A DNA stretch of 64,000 nucleotides from the NCBI GenBank assembly GCA_005879605.1, contig VBKE01000002.1, forward strand, positions 5,379-69,378, read 5' to 3'. The stretch comes from Deltaproteobacteria bacterium. GTDB lineage: Bacteria; Desulfobacterota; Binatia; UBA9968. Below the pieces are notes generated by a model. The model did not search any database. It worked only from the letters and a program-made list of their open reading frames with translations, and had not been told where the DNA came from. The number at the start of each line of letters is the position of its first letter. Within the stretch, counting starts at the first letter, position 1. Positions 44,723 to 53,764 of this stretch are shown here, piece by piece. The position numbers and the translations under genes were made by a program.

Positions 44723-46471
44723 TTAAACAGCCTGAATGTAAACATCCACCAGCGCCGGTCGCTTTTCTTCTTTGATCACTCTCAGAGCGCGATCCAACGC
44801 GGGGCGGATTTTGTCCGGCTCGGTGATAGGCCCTTCGCCGGCAATGCCAAAGGACCGGGCGAGATTGGCAAAGTCCACGGGCGGTTTTTCCATGCGCATC
44901 CCGACGACTTTATTTTCCGGCGGGCGGCCGCGTGCGATAGCAATTTTTTCCTGGTGTTCTTCGTCGTTGTAGTAAGTGCGATTGTTGGTCATCACGGTGA
45001 GCAACGGCACGCCGGTGTTTGAAGCCGTCCAGAGAGCGCTCGTGGTGTAAAGCAGTTCGCCGTCGCGTTGGAGATTGACGCAGATCGTTTCCGTCCCGCG
45101 GTACGGAAGCGCCGCGCCGACCGACGCCCCCGGGCCGTAGCCTAATCCGCCGCCGCCGTAGCCGCCGAGAAAGAGTCCTGGCTTGTCCCAGTTCCACAGT
45201 CTGCCAGGCCAGCCTCTGAAACCGCCGGCCACAAGCAACCACGATTCATTCTTAATTGCTTCCCAAACTTCGTGGGCGAGCCGCGGCGGCGAGACCGGCC
45301 TCTCATCCCAGCGCTTCTTGAGGTCGCTCTGCCAGCGCGCGCGGACCTCGTCGTGCTGGACGGCAAAAGTTTTGCGCCTCTCCTCGACTACGCTCCTGGA
45401 AAATTTTCCCTGCCGCTTAATCTCTTCAATTAATGCCGGGAGAAAAACTCTGGTGTTGGCCACAATCGGCAGATCCACCGGCGCAAGCTCTTGAAAGTCG
45501 GTGGTCCAGCCGCGCATGGAAATATCCGCGAGCGTTACATGAATGACTTTGCAGCCCGGTTTGATGGCCGGTACAGTGCTGTGCGCGGCAGGATCCTGCC
45601 GCACCAGCGAGCCAAAGAGATCCATGACGTCGAGCCCGAGAACGACATCGGCGTTGCTTACCAGCTCGCGATTTTTACCGGTGAGGTTAAGGGAATGCGT
45701 GTTGGGAAAATTCAGCCGCGCACCGAGATCGATGACCGGTATCGACAGGAGATCCGCCAGCTCCACCAGACTCAACACCGCCCCATTATCTCTTCCCAGA
45801 TAGTCGGCGAGAATCACCGGGTTCTGCGCTTCGGAAAGCAACCGCGCCGCTTCTTTGATCGCATCAGTCTCTGCCTGCAGCGGCGCCGGCGGGCGAAAGC
45901 GCGCCGGATCCGGAAGCGGAATTTCTTTTTCCAGCGCCGACTCTTGATCGGTCACATCGAAGCAAAGATAAATCGGACCGGCTGGGTCGCTCATAGCGAT
46001 GCGGTAGCCACGCATCATGGACGAAGGAATGGATTCGATACCAACGGGTTGGTCGTCCCATTTGACGAAGTCGCGCACCAAATTTCCCTGAACCAGCGCC
46101 GTGTGAATCCAGTCGATCCACGGCCGCCGTTTGCTCGTGTTCATGGGGCCGGTGCCGCCCATGACCAGGATCGGCGTACGGTCACACCAGGCGTTGTAGA
46201 TCGCCATGGAAGCATGCTGCAGACCAACGACGTTGTGCACGATGGCGGCCATCGGCTTGCCGGTAGCCTTGGCATAACCGTGCGCGACCGCGACGGCGAT
46301 TTCTTCGTGGCAGCAGAGAATGATTTCAGGATTGGCTTGGCGGCCGCTCTCGTAATTAACGAGAGAATCGTGAATGCCGCGAAAGCTCGAACCGGGATTA
46401 AGCGCGACGTATTCGATGCCCAGGACTTTCAGCAGATCGACGATGAGATCCGATCCATAACGTGCGGCCAT
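44723..46471 (-). CDS. ThDP-dependent enzyme (ALS/PoxB superfamily), no signal peptide
   Basis: ATG at 46471 after GGAGG. CCHEEIAVAVAHGY catalytic Glu region; three-domain length. Confidence 0.8.
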   Translation of the reverse strand: MAARYGSDLIVDLLKVLGIEYVALNPGSSFRGIHDSLVNYESGRQANPEIILCCHEEIAVAVAHGYAKATGKPMAAIVHNVVGLQHASMAIYNAWCDRTPILVMGGTGPMNTSKRRPWIDWIHTALVQGNLVRDFVKWDDQPVGIESIPSSMMRGYRIAMSDPAGPIYLCFDVTDQESALEKEIPLPDPARFRPPAPLQAETDAIKEAARLLSEAQNPVILADYLGRDNGAVLSLVELADLLSIPVIDLGARLNFPNTHSLNLTGKNRELVSNADVVLGLDVMDLFGSLVRQDPAAHSTVPAIKPGCKVIHVTLADISMRGWTTDFQELAPVDLPIVANTRVFLPALIEEIKRQGKFSRSVVEERRKTFAVQHDEVRARWQSDLKKRWDERPVSPPRLAHEVWEAIKNESWLLVAGGFRGWPGRLWNWDKPGLFLGGYGGGGLGYGPGASVGAALPYRGTETICVNLQRDGELLYTTSALWTASNTGVPLLTVMTNNRTYYNDEEHQEKIAIARGRPPENKVVGMRMEKPPVDFANLARSFGIAGEGPITEPDKIRPALDRALRVIKEEKRPALVDVYIQAV

Positions 46472-46496
46472 AAGAACCTCCAATAAAAAAATCAAT

Positions 46497-46540
46497 CCCC
46501 CTCTTACATCTCCCCCGTCACGGGGGAGAGAAGAGAGGAG
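46497..46540 (-). repeat. Nested-hairpin element, family B (inverted copy)
   Basis: CCCCCTCTTACATCTCCCCCGTCACGGGGGAGAGAAGAGAGGAG; the reverse complement matches 22511-22555. Confidence 0.65.
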
Positions 46541-46588
46541 CTAAAGTTTTGAAGAGCCGGTCGCTCCGATGAAGTCAAAAATCTTTAA

Positions 46589-47677
46589 TCAATGAATTGC
46601 GGCCGATTGGGACACCGCCTCTAACGGCTGGGGGACTTCCATGTCGTAGAGCTTCGCCACGTTCGTGCAGACAAGTTTCTTGCGCACGTCTGCTGGCAAG
46701 TGCCCTAGGTCGCGATCGATATATTTTTTAGATTCCGGCCAGGTCGAGTTGCCGTGCGGATAGTCATTGGACCACATGCAGTTGTCCTGACCCCACCATT
46801 CGAAACTATGCCCAGCCACGGTGTCTCGGAAGAACGTCCCATAGACTTGACGGTTGAAATATTCGCTGGGGTTTTTCGTAATCGGCGGAGGATTCACACC
46901 CTTGAATCTGTTGTAGTAGTAATCCCACTGCTGCAGCATAAACGGCATCCAACCGATCTCGTTCTCCACACTGACGAATCGAAGCTTAGGGTAGCGCTCC
47001 AAAACTCCGTAAAAGATAAGCTCAAAAAAAGCATCCGTAATCTCCTTGAGCTTGAGGTTAACGCTGCCTCGGTAGTGCTCGACCCCCGTCCTCTTCTTAC
47101 CGAACACGGTTTCCTTGTGGTAGCCATGCCCGGTAAGGATATGCAAGTTGACGGGCATGTTCAGATCCTGGGACGCCGCCCAGAACTTATTGTAATGCTC
47201 CGAGTGAAACGGCAGGTCCGGATGCGGCGCTTGCCAGATGATCGATCCCTTAAGGCCAGCTTTGGTACAGCGCTCGAGCTCTTTTACCGCCTCATCGATG
47301 TTGTAAACCGAGATAGCGGCAATACCGATCAGGCGCTTGGGCGCCACCTGACAATACTCGATCAACCAATCGTTGTACGCCCGGAAGCAGGCCTCCTGCA
47401 GTTTAGCGTCGTCCATGGCGAAGTGCGGCAGCAGATTGGTCGGGTATAGCACTTCTGCGCTGAGACCATCGGTTTCCATCTCTTTGATTCGACACGTTGG
47501 ATCAGACCCTCCGGGATGGGTCTGAAAACTTTCTCCGACTTTGAGCACAGGAAAAATAGGAGCTTGGTCTCGCAATGCCGGCGCAACCCTCTCCTTCAAA
47601 GTGTTGGGTGGCTCCATCACGTGCGAGTCTGAAGAAATCAGCACTTCTAAACCTGAGTCATTTCCATTTCCAGACAT
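46589..47677 (-). CDS. Amidohydrolase_2 family protein
   Basis: ISSDSHVMEP, NLHILTGHG, WSNDYPHGNSTWP. Confidence 0.75.
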   Translation of the reverse strand: MSGNGNDSGLEVLISSDSHVMEPPNTLKERVAPALRDQAPIFPVLKVGESFQTHPGGSDPTCRIKEMETDGLSAEVLYPTNLLPHFAMDDAKLQEACFRAYNDWLIEYCQVAPKRLIGIAAISVYNIDEAVKELERCTKAGLKGSIIWQAPHPDLPFHSEHYNKFWAASQDLNMPVNLHILTGHGYHKETVFGKKRTGVEHYRGSVNLKLKEITDAFFELIFYGVLERYPKLRFVSVENEIGWMPFMLQQWDYYYNRFKGVNPPPITKNPSEYFNRQVYGTFFRDTVAGHSFEWWGQDNCMWSNDYPHGNSTWPESKKYIDRDLGHLPADVRKKLVCTNVAKLYDMEVPQPLEAVSQSAAIH

Positions 47678-48187
47678 GAACTTTTCCTCCTTGGCGCTTG
47701 ATCTCTGTCACCTGAGGTCTACCACCAGAGGGCTTGAACGGTCAAGATTAGGCGGCTCACGGGACCGCAAACCGCATGAGGAATGCACCGGCACGCCGCT
47801 ACGAATCAAGCACCATCTCTCGAAGGTTTTCGGTCCTGGCTTGACGAGTCGATATTCAAGTCGAAGTGCCAACCTTGCGGACTCACGAGCTTCTAACATT
47901 TCGGCAATGAGCCGCCCGCGAGCAAGTCTCGGTTCTGTGCAGGATGAATCGCTTCGCGTCCTGGAAGATCAAAAAGTCGAGCGGCTAACTAGATGGGCGA
48001 CGCCGCCCACTTTCAAAATTGAGACACAATACCGGGCGTTCGCATACCTCTGATCTTCGCCTTTCTTAGTACTTCTGCGACCCTTTACGTCCATGCGTGT
48101 CCAGTTCTGCTTCGGCCCCGCCATTGCTCCCTTAGGGCCAGCGCGCAGGCGAGCCGAGCGAGGCAACAAGCGCAGCCGAACCCCTGA

Positions 48188-48589
48188 ATGCTGCCCTATC
48201 GAACTTTGGCACGTAGGACCGCGAATATGGAAATACGCTCTAAGTTTTCAAGACGGAGGAAAAAAAAGGATCCTTCTTTACGGATCAAAGTCGCCTCCGC
48301 GATCGAGATCTTTATTTCAATCCATGGATACGATTGGCTGAAGAATGGGAGCACGGCTGTCGTGCTCCGGGACGACCACGCACTATTCGTAACGCGCGAT
48401 GTGGAGGGGATAAATCGCGAAAGCGTCATCGCCCTGGTCTATCTCAAACAGATGTACTCTTTTCAAGATTTTAAGACCATCCAAGCCGATGCTCATCTTC
48501 GCGCCACTGCGCTCGGCCAATCGGTTCTAAATCAGTTAGCGGATCAGGTGGCAAGTCAACTCTCCAAAGTAGCGGAGAGAGTTGTGTAG
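48188..48589 (+). CDS. Hypothetical protein
   Basis: 133-aa ORF (perhaps starting at 48227) with no recognised motif. Confidence 0.3.
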   Translation: MLPYRTLARRTANMEIRSKFSRRRKKKDPSLRIKVASAIEIFISIHGYDWLKNGSTAVVLRDDHALFVTRDVEGINRESVIALVYLKQMYSFQDFKTIQADAHLRATALGQSVLNQLADQVASQLSKVAERVV

Positions 48590-48821
48590 CAGGCGAGGGA
48601 TAAATGGTCAATTAAAATTATCTATCATCGGCCGCAATGAATGACCTCGATATCCTTGTTTTCCGATCGGTTCTCGTCACCAGGCATACTTGGCGTCGCG
48701 CTGAGCCTCTATCTATTACGGGACAATCTTTGGTGGTTCACCGGCGGATTAATTCTCGTACTCATAGGACTTTGACTCGATGCCATGAGTCTCTCCACGA
48801 GGATTTAATTTTCCAAAACTA

Positions 48822-49430
48822 ATGGAAACAATCATCACCTGCGACATGTGCGGTCTCACGCAACGTGTGGATGAACTGGAGCCGACCTTTATGGCCGAGT
48901 GTTGTCGCTGCAGCTCAATCCTCGTCAAGCGCAAGATCAACAGCCTGGCACGAACGGCAGCGTTTTCGCTAGCGGCGCTGGTTCTTTACGTTCCGGCCAA
49001 CATCTATCCGATCCTGCGCATGAATTACTACGGCGCCTATTCTGAAAGTACCGTTTGGGACGGTTGTGTGACTCTCTTCAGGGACGGCCAGTGGCTGGTG
49101 GCCGTGATCGTTTTTCTCGCCAGCCTCTTGATTCCATTGTTCAAGCTGTTCGGTCTTTTCTTTTTGGTGAGCACGACAAAATTCAACTCCCTGCGCCTGC
49201 GGCGGCAACGGACCTGGCTTTATAAGACCATTGACGTGATCGGTCCATGGGCGATGGTTGACGTGTTTCTCCTGTCGATTCTGGTGGCATTGGTTAAGCT
49301 GCAGCAGATCGCCACTGTCCTTCCGGGTCCAGGTCTGTTGGCGTTTGCCGCGATGGTGGTGTGTACGATCTCGGCTTCGGCCAGCTTTGATCCAAAGTTG
49401 ATTTGGGATGAAACGGATCGATCGTCATGA
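48822..49430 (+). CDS. PqiA-family integral membrane protein (single-repeat form)
   Basis: N-terminal CDMCG..CCRC zinc-finger-like motif, PANIYPIL, and four TM segments. Confidence 0.75.
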   Translation: METIITCDMCGLTQRVDELEPTFMAECCRCSSILVKRKINSLARTAAFSLAALVLYVPANIYPILRMNYYGAYSESTVWDGCVTLFRDGQWLVAVIVFLASLLIPLFKLFGLFFLVSTTKFNSLRLRRQRTWLYKTIDVIGPWAMVDVFLLSILVALVKLQQIATVLPGPGLLAFAAMVVCTISASASFDPKLIWDETDRSS

Positions 49431-50422
49431 ACGAGTCGCAAGAAAACCTTGAAGCGGCCGATGAATTGCCCAAGGCAAAGGTGAAGCGGAGCCGATGGCG
49501 CTTTCCCGTCGTATGGGTCGTTCCTGCGATCGCCGTCATTGTTGCGGGCTACCTTGCATATGGCCGGCTCGAGCAGCTCGGCCCGAAAATCACTATTAGG
49601 TTCAAAGACGGGAACGGCCTGAAGACGGGCCAAACACCGATTAAGTATCGCGGTGTGCAGATTGGTGAAGTGACGGCGGTCGAATTGAGCCCCGACCAAC
49701 AAGCCGTGGTGGTAAGGGCGCGTTTGCAACGCTCGGCCGCTTCCGTTGCTAAGGAAGGAGCCGTGTTCTGGATTGTACGGCCTGAGGTGGGTATCGGAAA
49801 CATCACCGGCTTGGACACCGTTATTACTGGACCGGAAGTTGACGTATTGCCAGGCACCGGCAAAGAGCAATCGGAATTTGTCGGCCTGGAAAACGCGCCC
49901 GTCGCGTTAGAAGAAAGGGGGCTGAAAATTATTCTGATTACCCCGCGGCTCGGATCGTTGCGGCCGGGTTCGCCTGTCTACTACCGCGGCGTCGAGGTGG
50001 GTACGATACAACAGTGTGATCTAAGCCCAAACGCCGCTACAGTGGCCATCCAAGTATTGATTAAGCAACGCTATGCAAGGCTCGTCCGGACCGGCTCGAA
50101 ATTCTGGAATGTGAGCGGTGTGGACGTGAGCCTTAGCTTGTTTCGCGGTCTAGAAGTCAACATGGAGTCGTTGAGGTCTATCGCGGCTGGCGGAATCGCC
50201 TTTGCCACGCCCGCTGATCCCACAGAACAGCTGGTAAAGGATGGAATGTCTTTTCCCCTGTATAACAAAGCCGCGAAAGAATGGCTGGAATGGGCACCGA
50301 ACATACCGCTTAGAGCCGTGAAACAGTCACCTCAAAAAGATATAAAGCGAAAGCCCGCAAGGCCGTCGGCAAGGCAGATAGAGACAACGAAGAGGCCAGA
50401 GCCGCAACGTATCGAAGATTAA
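49427..50422 (+). CDS. MCE/MlaD-domain protein (PqiB-like, two MCE domains)
   Basis: ATGA overlap with the pqiA-like gene. N-terminal TM, then repeats of G..V.YRGV.IG.V. Confidence 0.75.
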   Translation: MNESQENLEAADELPKAKVKRSRWRFPVVWVVPAIAVIVAGYLAYGRLEQLGPKITIRFKDGNGLKTGQTPIKYRGVQIGEVTAVELSPDQQAVVVRARLQRSAASVAKEGAVFWIVRPEVGIGNITGLDTVITGPEVDVLPGTGKEQSEFVGLENAPVALEERGLKIILITPRLGSLRPGSPVYYRGVEVGTIQQCDLSPNAATVAIQVLIKQRYARLVRTGSKFWNVSGVDVSLSLFRGLEVNMESLRSIAAGGIAFATPADPTEQLVKDGMSFPLYNKAAKEWLEWAPNIPLRAVKQSPQKDIKRKPARPSARQIETTKRPEPQRIED

Positions 50423-50633
50423 AGAAAGAGGCGAATGGCTTACGCCGGGGCTCCGCCACCGGCCGTGAGTGCCACGCCATAAAGGATTCAATTGATTGTT
50501 TTGGGACCAAGCTTGAGGCTGAAACTTTCGCAATTGAAATAGCTAAGGCGTGGGTTGATGCACGTTTCAAGGCAGCTTAGCGATTGAGATCCGAGCGACG
50601 CGGTGGAGTCAAAGGAAGCGGCAGCGGATTACG

Positions 50634-51629
50634 CTAGAAGAGTCCTTCCTTTTCTAACTTCTTTGCAATCCGTTCGTCGATGATATCCTCGACTTTCAGG
50701 CGGCGGATTTGCTCGTTGCTTCTACCGAGGATGCGGATCACGTTGCGGAGTCCGTCTACGTTGGCGTAAATCCGCCGGTCATAAAGCACTTTCATCATTT
50801 CATAGCCAGCCTCGGCGTCTTCCACCTTTGACAGGCGCAAGGTGCGCATCAAACTTCGGACGACAACAGGTTTGTTCTCAGGGTTATTGATGAATTTTAT
50901 CGTCTCGATCATCGCTCTGAGATAGCGCTCCACGGTATCGGGCGAGCGATCGACAAAGCTCCGCCGCGCCATGATTCCCAGACCCTGAAAGGGGATACAG
51001 AGCTTGAGAAGATCGGCGAGGACGCGGAACCCCTGGCGCTCCAACTGTGCGCCGAACGTGTAGCCGAGATACGCGCCGTCGATAATCCCTCCGGTCGCGA
51101 GCGCTTGAGCCATAACCGACTGATCTCCGATGATGCGAAATTGAATGTTGTCACGCTCGGGATTGAGACCCCAATGATCGAAAGCCAGCATGCTGAACAT
51201 CCACACGCCGCCGCCGATGCTTTGCACGCCGATCTTTTTGCCCTTCAAATCCGCAGGCGTCTTGATGTTGGGCGCGACCACGAATGTGCCATCGAGTTTG
51301 TTAATCAGACCCGCGACGAAGACCAAATCGAGTCCGCCGGCCATCGCGCCGATGGACGCGCCGGTCGCCGAGCCGCCGTGGAACTGCGTCTCGCCGGCGG
51401 CCAGGGCTGACAATCCGACCGCGCCGCTCCGGACGTTGACCACCTGGGCATCAAGCCCATGCTTTTGGAAGATCCCGGCATCTTTAGCGACAAAAAGCAC
51501 GCCGCTCCGCTCATTCAGGCCGCCATAAGTCACGACGATCTTCGCCGGCGCGGAGGCCGCACGGGAGAACAAAGGCATAGAGAGAAGAAGTGTGACTGTG
51601 ACGAGCACTGGCTTAAAAGAAACCTTCAT
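50634..51629 (-). CDS. NMT1-like ABC substrate-binding protein
   Basis: Signal peptide, FQKHGLDAQVV, DLKGKKIGVQS. Confidence 0.7.
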   Translation of the reverse strand: MKVSFKPVLVTVTLLLSMPLFSRAASAPAKIVVTYGGLNERSGVLFVAKDAGIFQKHGLDAQVVNVRSGAVGLSALAAGETQFHGGSATGASIGAMAGGLDLVFVAGLINKLDGTFVVAPNIKTPADLKGKKIGVQSIGGGVWMFSMLAFDHWGLNPERDNIQFRIIGDQSVMAQALATGGIIDGAYLGYTFGAQLERQGFRVLADLLKLCIPFQGLGIMARRSFVDRSPDTVERYLRAMIETIKFINNPENKPVVVRSLMRTLRLSKVEDAEAGYEMMKVLYDRRIYANVDGLRNVIRILGRSNEQIRRLKVEDIIDERIAKKLEKEGLF

Positions 51630-51717
51630 AGACCCTCCTTCTGCCGATTTGTGGCTCTTGTCGGTTTACCGGTGAAAGACTTACTTACCACAGGACCTGA
51701 GCAGAGCACGCAGAGTT

Positions 51718-51810
51718 CCGTCATTCCCGCATGCTTTTAGCGGGAATCCAGGCCAGACCGGAACTGGACCCCCGATTAAAACATTCGGGGGTGACGCCTT
51801 TGGGAATCGC
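51718..51810 (+). repeat. Double-hairpin intergenic element (family C)
   Basis: Hairpin TTCCCGC-ATGCTTTTA-GCGGGAA followed by CCCCCGA-TTAAAACA-TTCGGGGG. The first hairpin is related to GTCATTGCCGCGGAAGCGGCAATCCAGG at 35823-35850. Confidence 0.6.
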
Positions 51811-51891
51811 AGCCTTATGTTGTAATACCTGGCAACTTGCTGGGGCAATCTATTTTCTCTCCGCGTCCTCCGCGGTAGATGCTAAAGAGGC

Positions 51892-52905
51892 TTATTTGTA
51901 AAGAGCGTCGATATAGCCGCTCTGGTCGAGATCCCTGACTACAGACATGTCGATGAACTGTTCGGGATTCGCCGTTTTAGCGGCCGGGTTTCTCTCGCCA
52001 ATCTCTTCGAGCGCCAGTTGGATTCCCTTGATTGGAGTATAAGGCCTCTTGAGAAAGGTTTTGGCGGCAAAGTCGTAGCCATATTCGATCTTTTCTATAT
52101 CGTTGCTCTTTGTGTAGCGGGCGATGACGTCCATGGAAAACTTTTTGTTGTTGGTGTAGAAACTCACTCCCTTGGTCATGCCTTTGACGAACCGCTGAAC
52201 GGTCTCCTTCGACTCCCGGATAAACCTTCGCGTCGTGACGACATCGCTGTTCAAGGCTTCAACGCCGAACTCCAAAAGGTTCAGTAGAACGTTAAAGCCC
52301 ATTTTCTTGGCAACCATCATCTCCTCGAAGGTAAGCGCAGTCCCGTCAGCGACGCCGTTGGCTAGCGCGGCCATTCTGACCGGCGAAGAGCCAATCTGAA
52401 TGATCGCCACGTCTTTGTCGGGGACCAATCCGATCTTCTTAAGAATCAGTCTGAGGATAAAATCCGAAGAAGCGCCGAGCCGGCTCACCGCCAATTTTTT
52501 CCCTTTAAGCTGCGCGGGTTGGGAAATTCCTTTCGCGGTGACGAGAAAAGCCTGAGCCGGATCTTTTTTTGTGCTCGCCGCTATGACGAGATCCGATCCC
52601 GCGAGTTGCGAATTGATCGCCGCAGTGCCGGACATGATCGCGATCGGCACATCCCTGGCGATCACGGCTTGCGATAAAATGCTCGAGCTGCCGATGAAAA
52701 TAAGCTGCACGTCGAGACCATTCTCTTTGAAGAGCCCGGCCTCTTTGGCAACCCAAACGAGCGACTGGCCCACCCCGATCGAGGAATAGCCGACCTTGAT
52801 TCGTGTAACCTGAGCACTTGCAACCGAAGCGAAAATCAAGCAAAGAGTTGCAGCAAACGGTACGATCATGATTGGCTTATATTTCATTCTCTTCCTTCGC
52901 GCCAC
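51892..52905 (-). CDS. NMT1-like ABC substrate-binding protein
   Basis: Signal peptide, FKENGLDVQLI, QLKGKKLAVS. The start is 52905 or 52887. Confidence 0.7.
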   Translation of the reverse strand: MARRKRMKYKPIMIVPFAATLCLIFASVASAQVTRIKVGYSSIGVGQSLVWVAKEAGLFKENGLDVQLIFIGSSSILSQAVIARDVPIAIMSGTAAINSQLAGSDLVIAASTKKDPAQAFLVTAKGISQPAQLKGKKLAVSRLGASSDFILRLILKKIGLVPDKDVAIIQIGSSPVRMAALANGVADGTALTFEEMMVAKKMGFNVLLNLLEFGVEALNSDVVTTRRFIRESKETVQRFVKGMTKGVSFYTNNKKFSMDVIARYTKSNDIEKIEYGYDFAAKTFLKRPYTPIKGIQLALEEIGERNPAAKTANPEQFIDMSVVRDLDQSGYIDALYK

Positions 52906-52910
52906 ATTTT

Positions 52911-53694
52911 CTACGATAACGCTTCGAGCAGGGCCTTGGCCTCTTTCAGGTCGGCCGTGTCAAACCCTTCAGTAAACCAATCGTAAATCTCAGCCACCAG
53001 TTTTTGAGCTCCCGCCCTCTTACCTTTGCTCTGCCGCAGACGGCTCAAGCCCATCTGCTCCATGCGCGCGGCTAGATGTGCCGTCTGGCCCACCGCCGTG
53101 TAGTTCATCTTTAGGTCGTTCCCGATTGAGCCGACCACCACTTCCCCTGAGTTCAGCCCGACTCTAATCTGAACCGGAATGCCCTCTATCTTTTGAACCT
53201 CCTCGGCATATTTCTTGACCGAATCCTGCATCCTGAGCGCCGCGTAGCATGCACGCACCGCGTGATCCTCATGCGCCAAAGGCGCGCCGAAGAGTGCCAT
53301 GATGCCGTCGTCCATTAAGTTGCTGACTGTCCCTTCGTAGCGGTGAACGGATTCCATCATATATTCGATCACCGGGTCGAGTAGCTTTCTGGCGTCCTCT
53401 GGATCACGATCAGCCAGTAACTCCATCGAGCCTTTCATGTCGGCAACAAAACCGTGACTTGTTTGAGTTCGCCTTCGAGCGCGCTCTTGGATGTGAGGAT
53501 TTTTTCGGCGAGATATTTAGGGGGTAAGTTTCAGGCGACGCGAATTTTGTAAAACTTGGCGCTTGCACGAGTGACGCTCTGCACTGGCCGCAAAATTTGT
53601 CTCCTGGTGGGTTTGCAGCCCCGCAGGCGGCGCATGTGAATTCAAGCCGCGCGCCGCACTCGCCGCAAAACTTCACCCCAGAGGGATTTTTCAT
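52911..53694 (-). pseudogene. Collapsed multidomain regulator: double zinc ribbon plus class III adenylate/guanylate cyclase domain, fused to the extreme C-terminal TPR tail
   Basis: There are two frame breaks (a G5 run at 53520-53524 and a T-run near 53445). The cyclase domain joins directly to ..QSKGKRAGAQKLVAEIYDWFTEGFDTADLKEAKALLEALS, so the AAA/TPR body is missing. Confidence 0.65.
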
Positions 53695-53764
53695 GCTGGC
53701 AAAGAGAACACTTCACAATTTAGACCAATTTAGAACGCGCAAAATTATAACCAATATGAAATCA

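Noticed and set aside
47700-48190. Possible RNase P RNA, tmRNA or tRNA-like gene
   Set aside because: Only weak resemblances are present: CACAGAACCGAG on the minus strand near 47929-47940, and a TTCAAGC loop-like string near 47735. The GGAAAGTCCGGGC-type P4 strand, a tag ORF, a paired T-arm and an acceptor-stem/CCA context are all absent.
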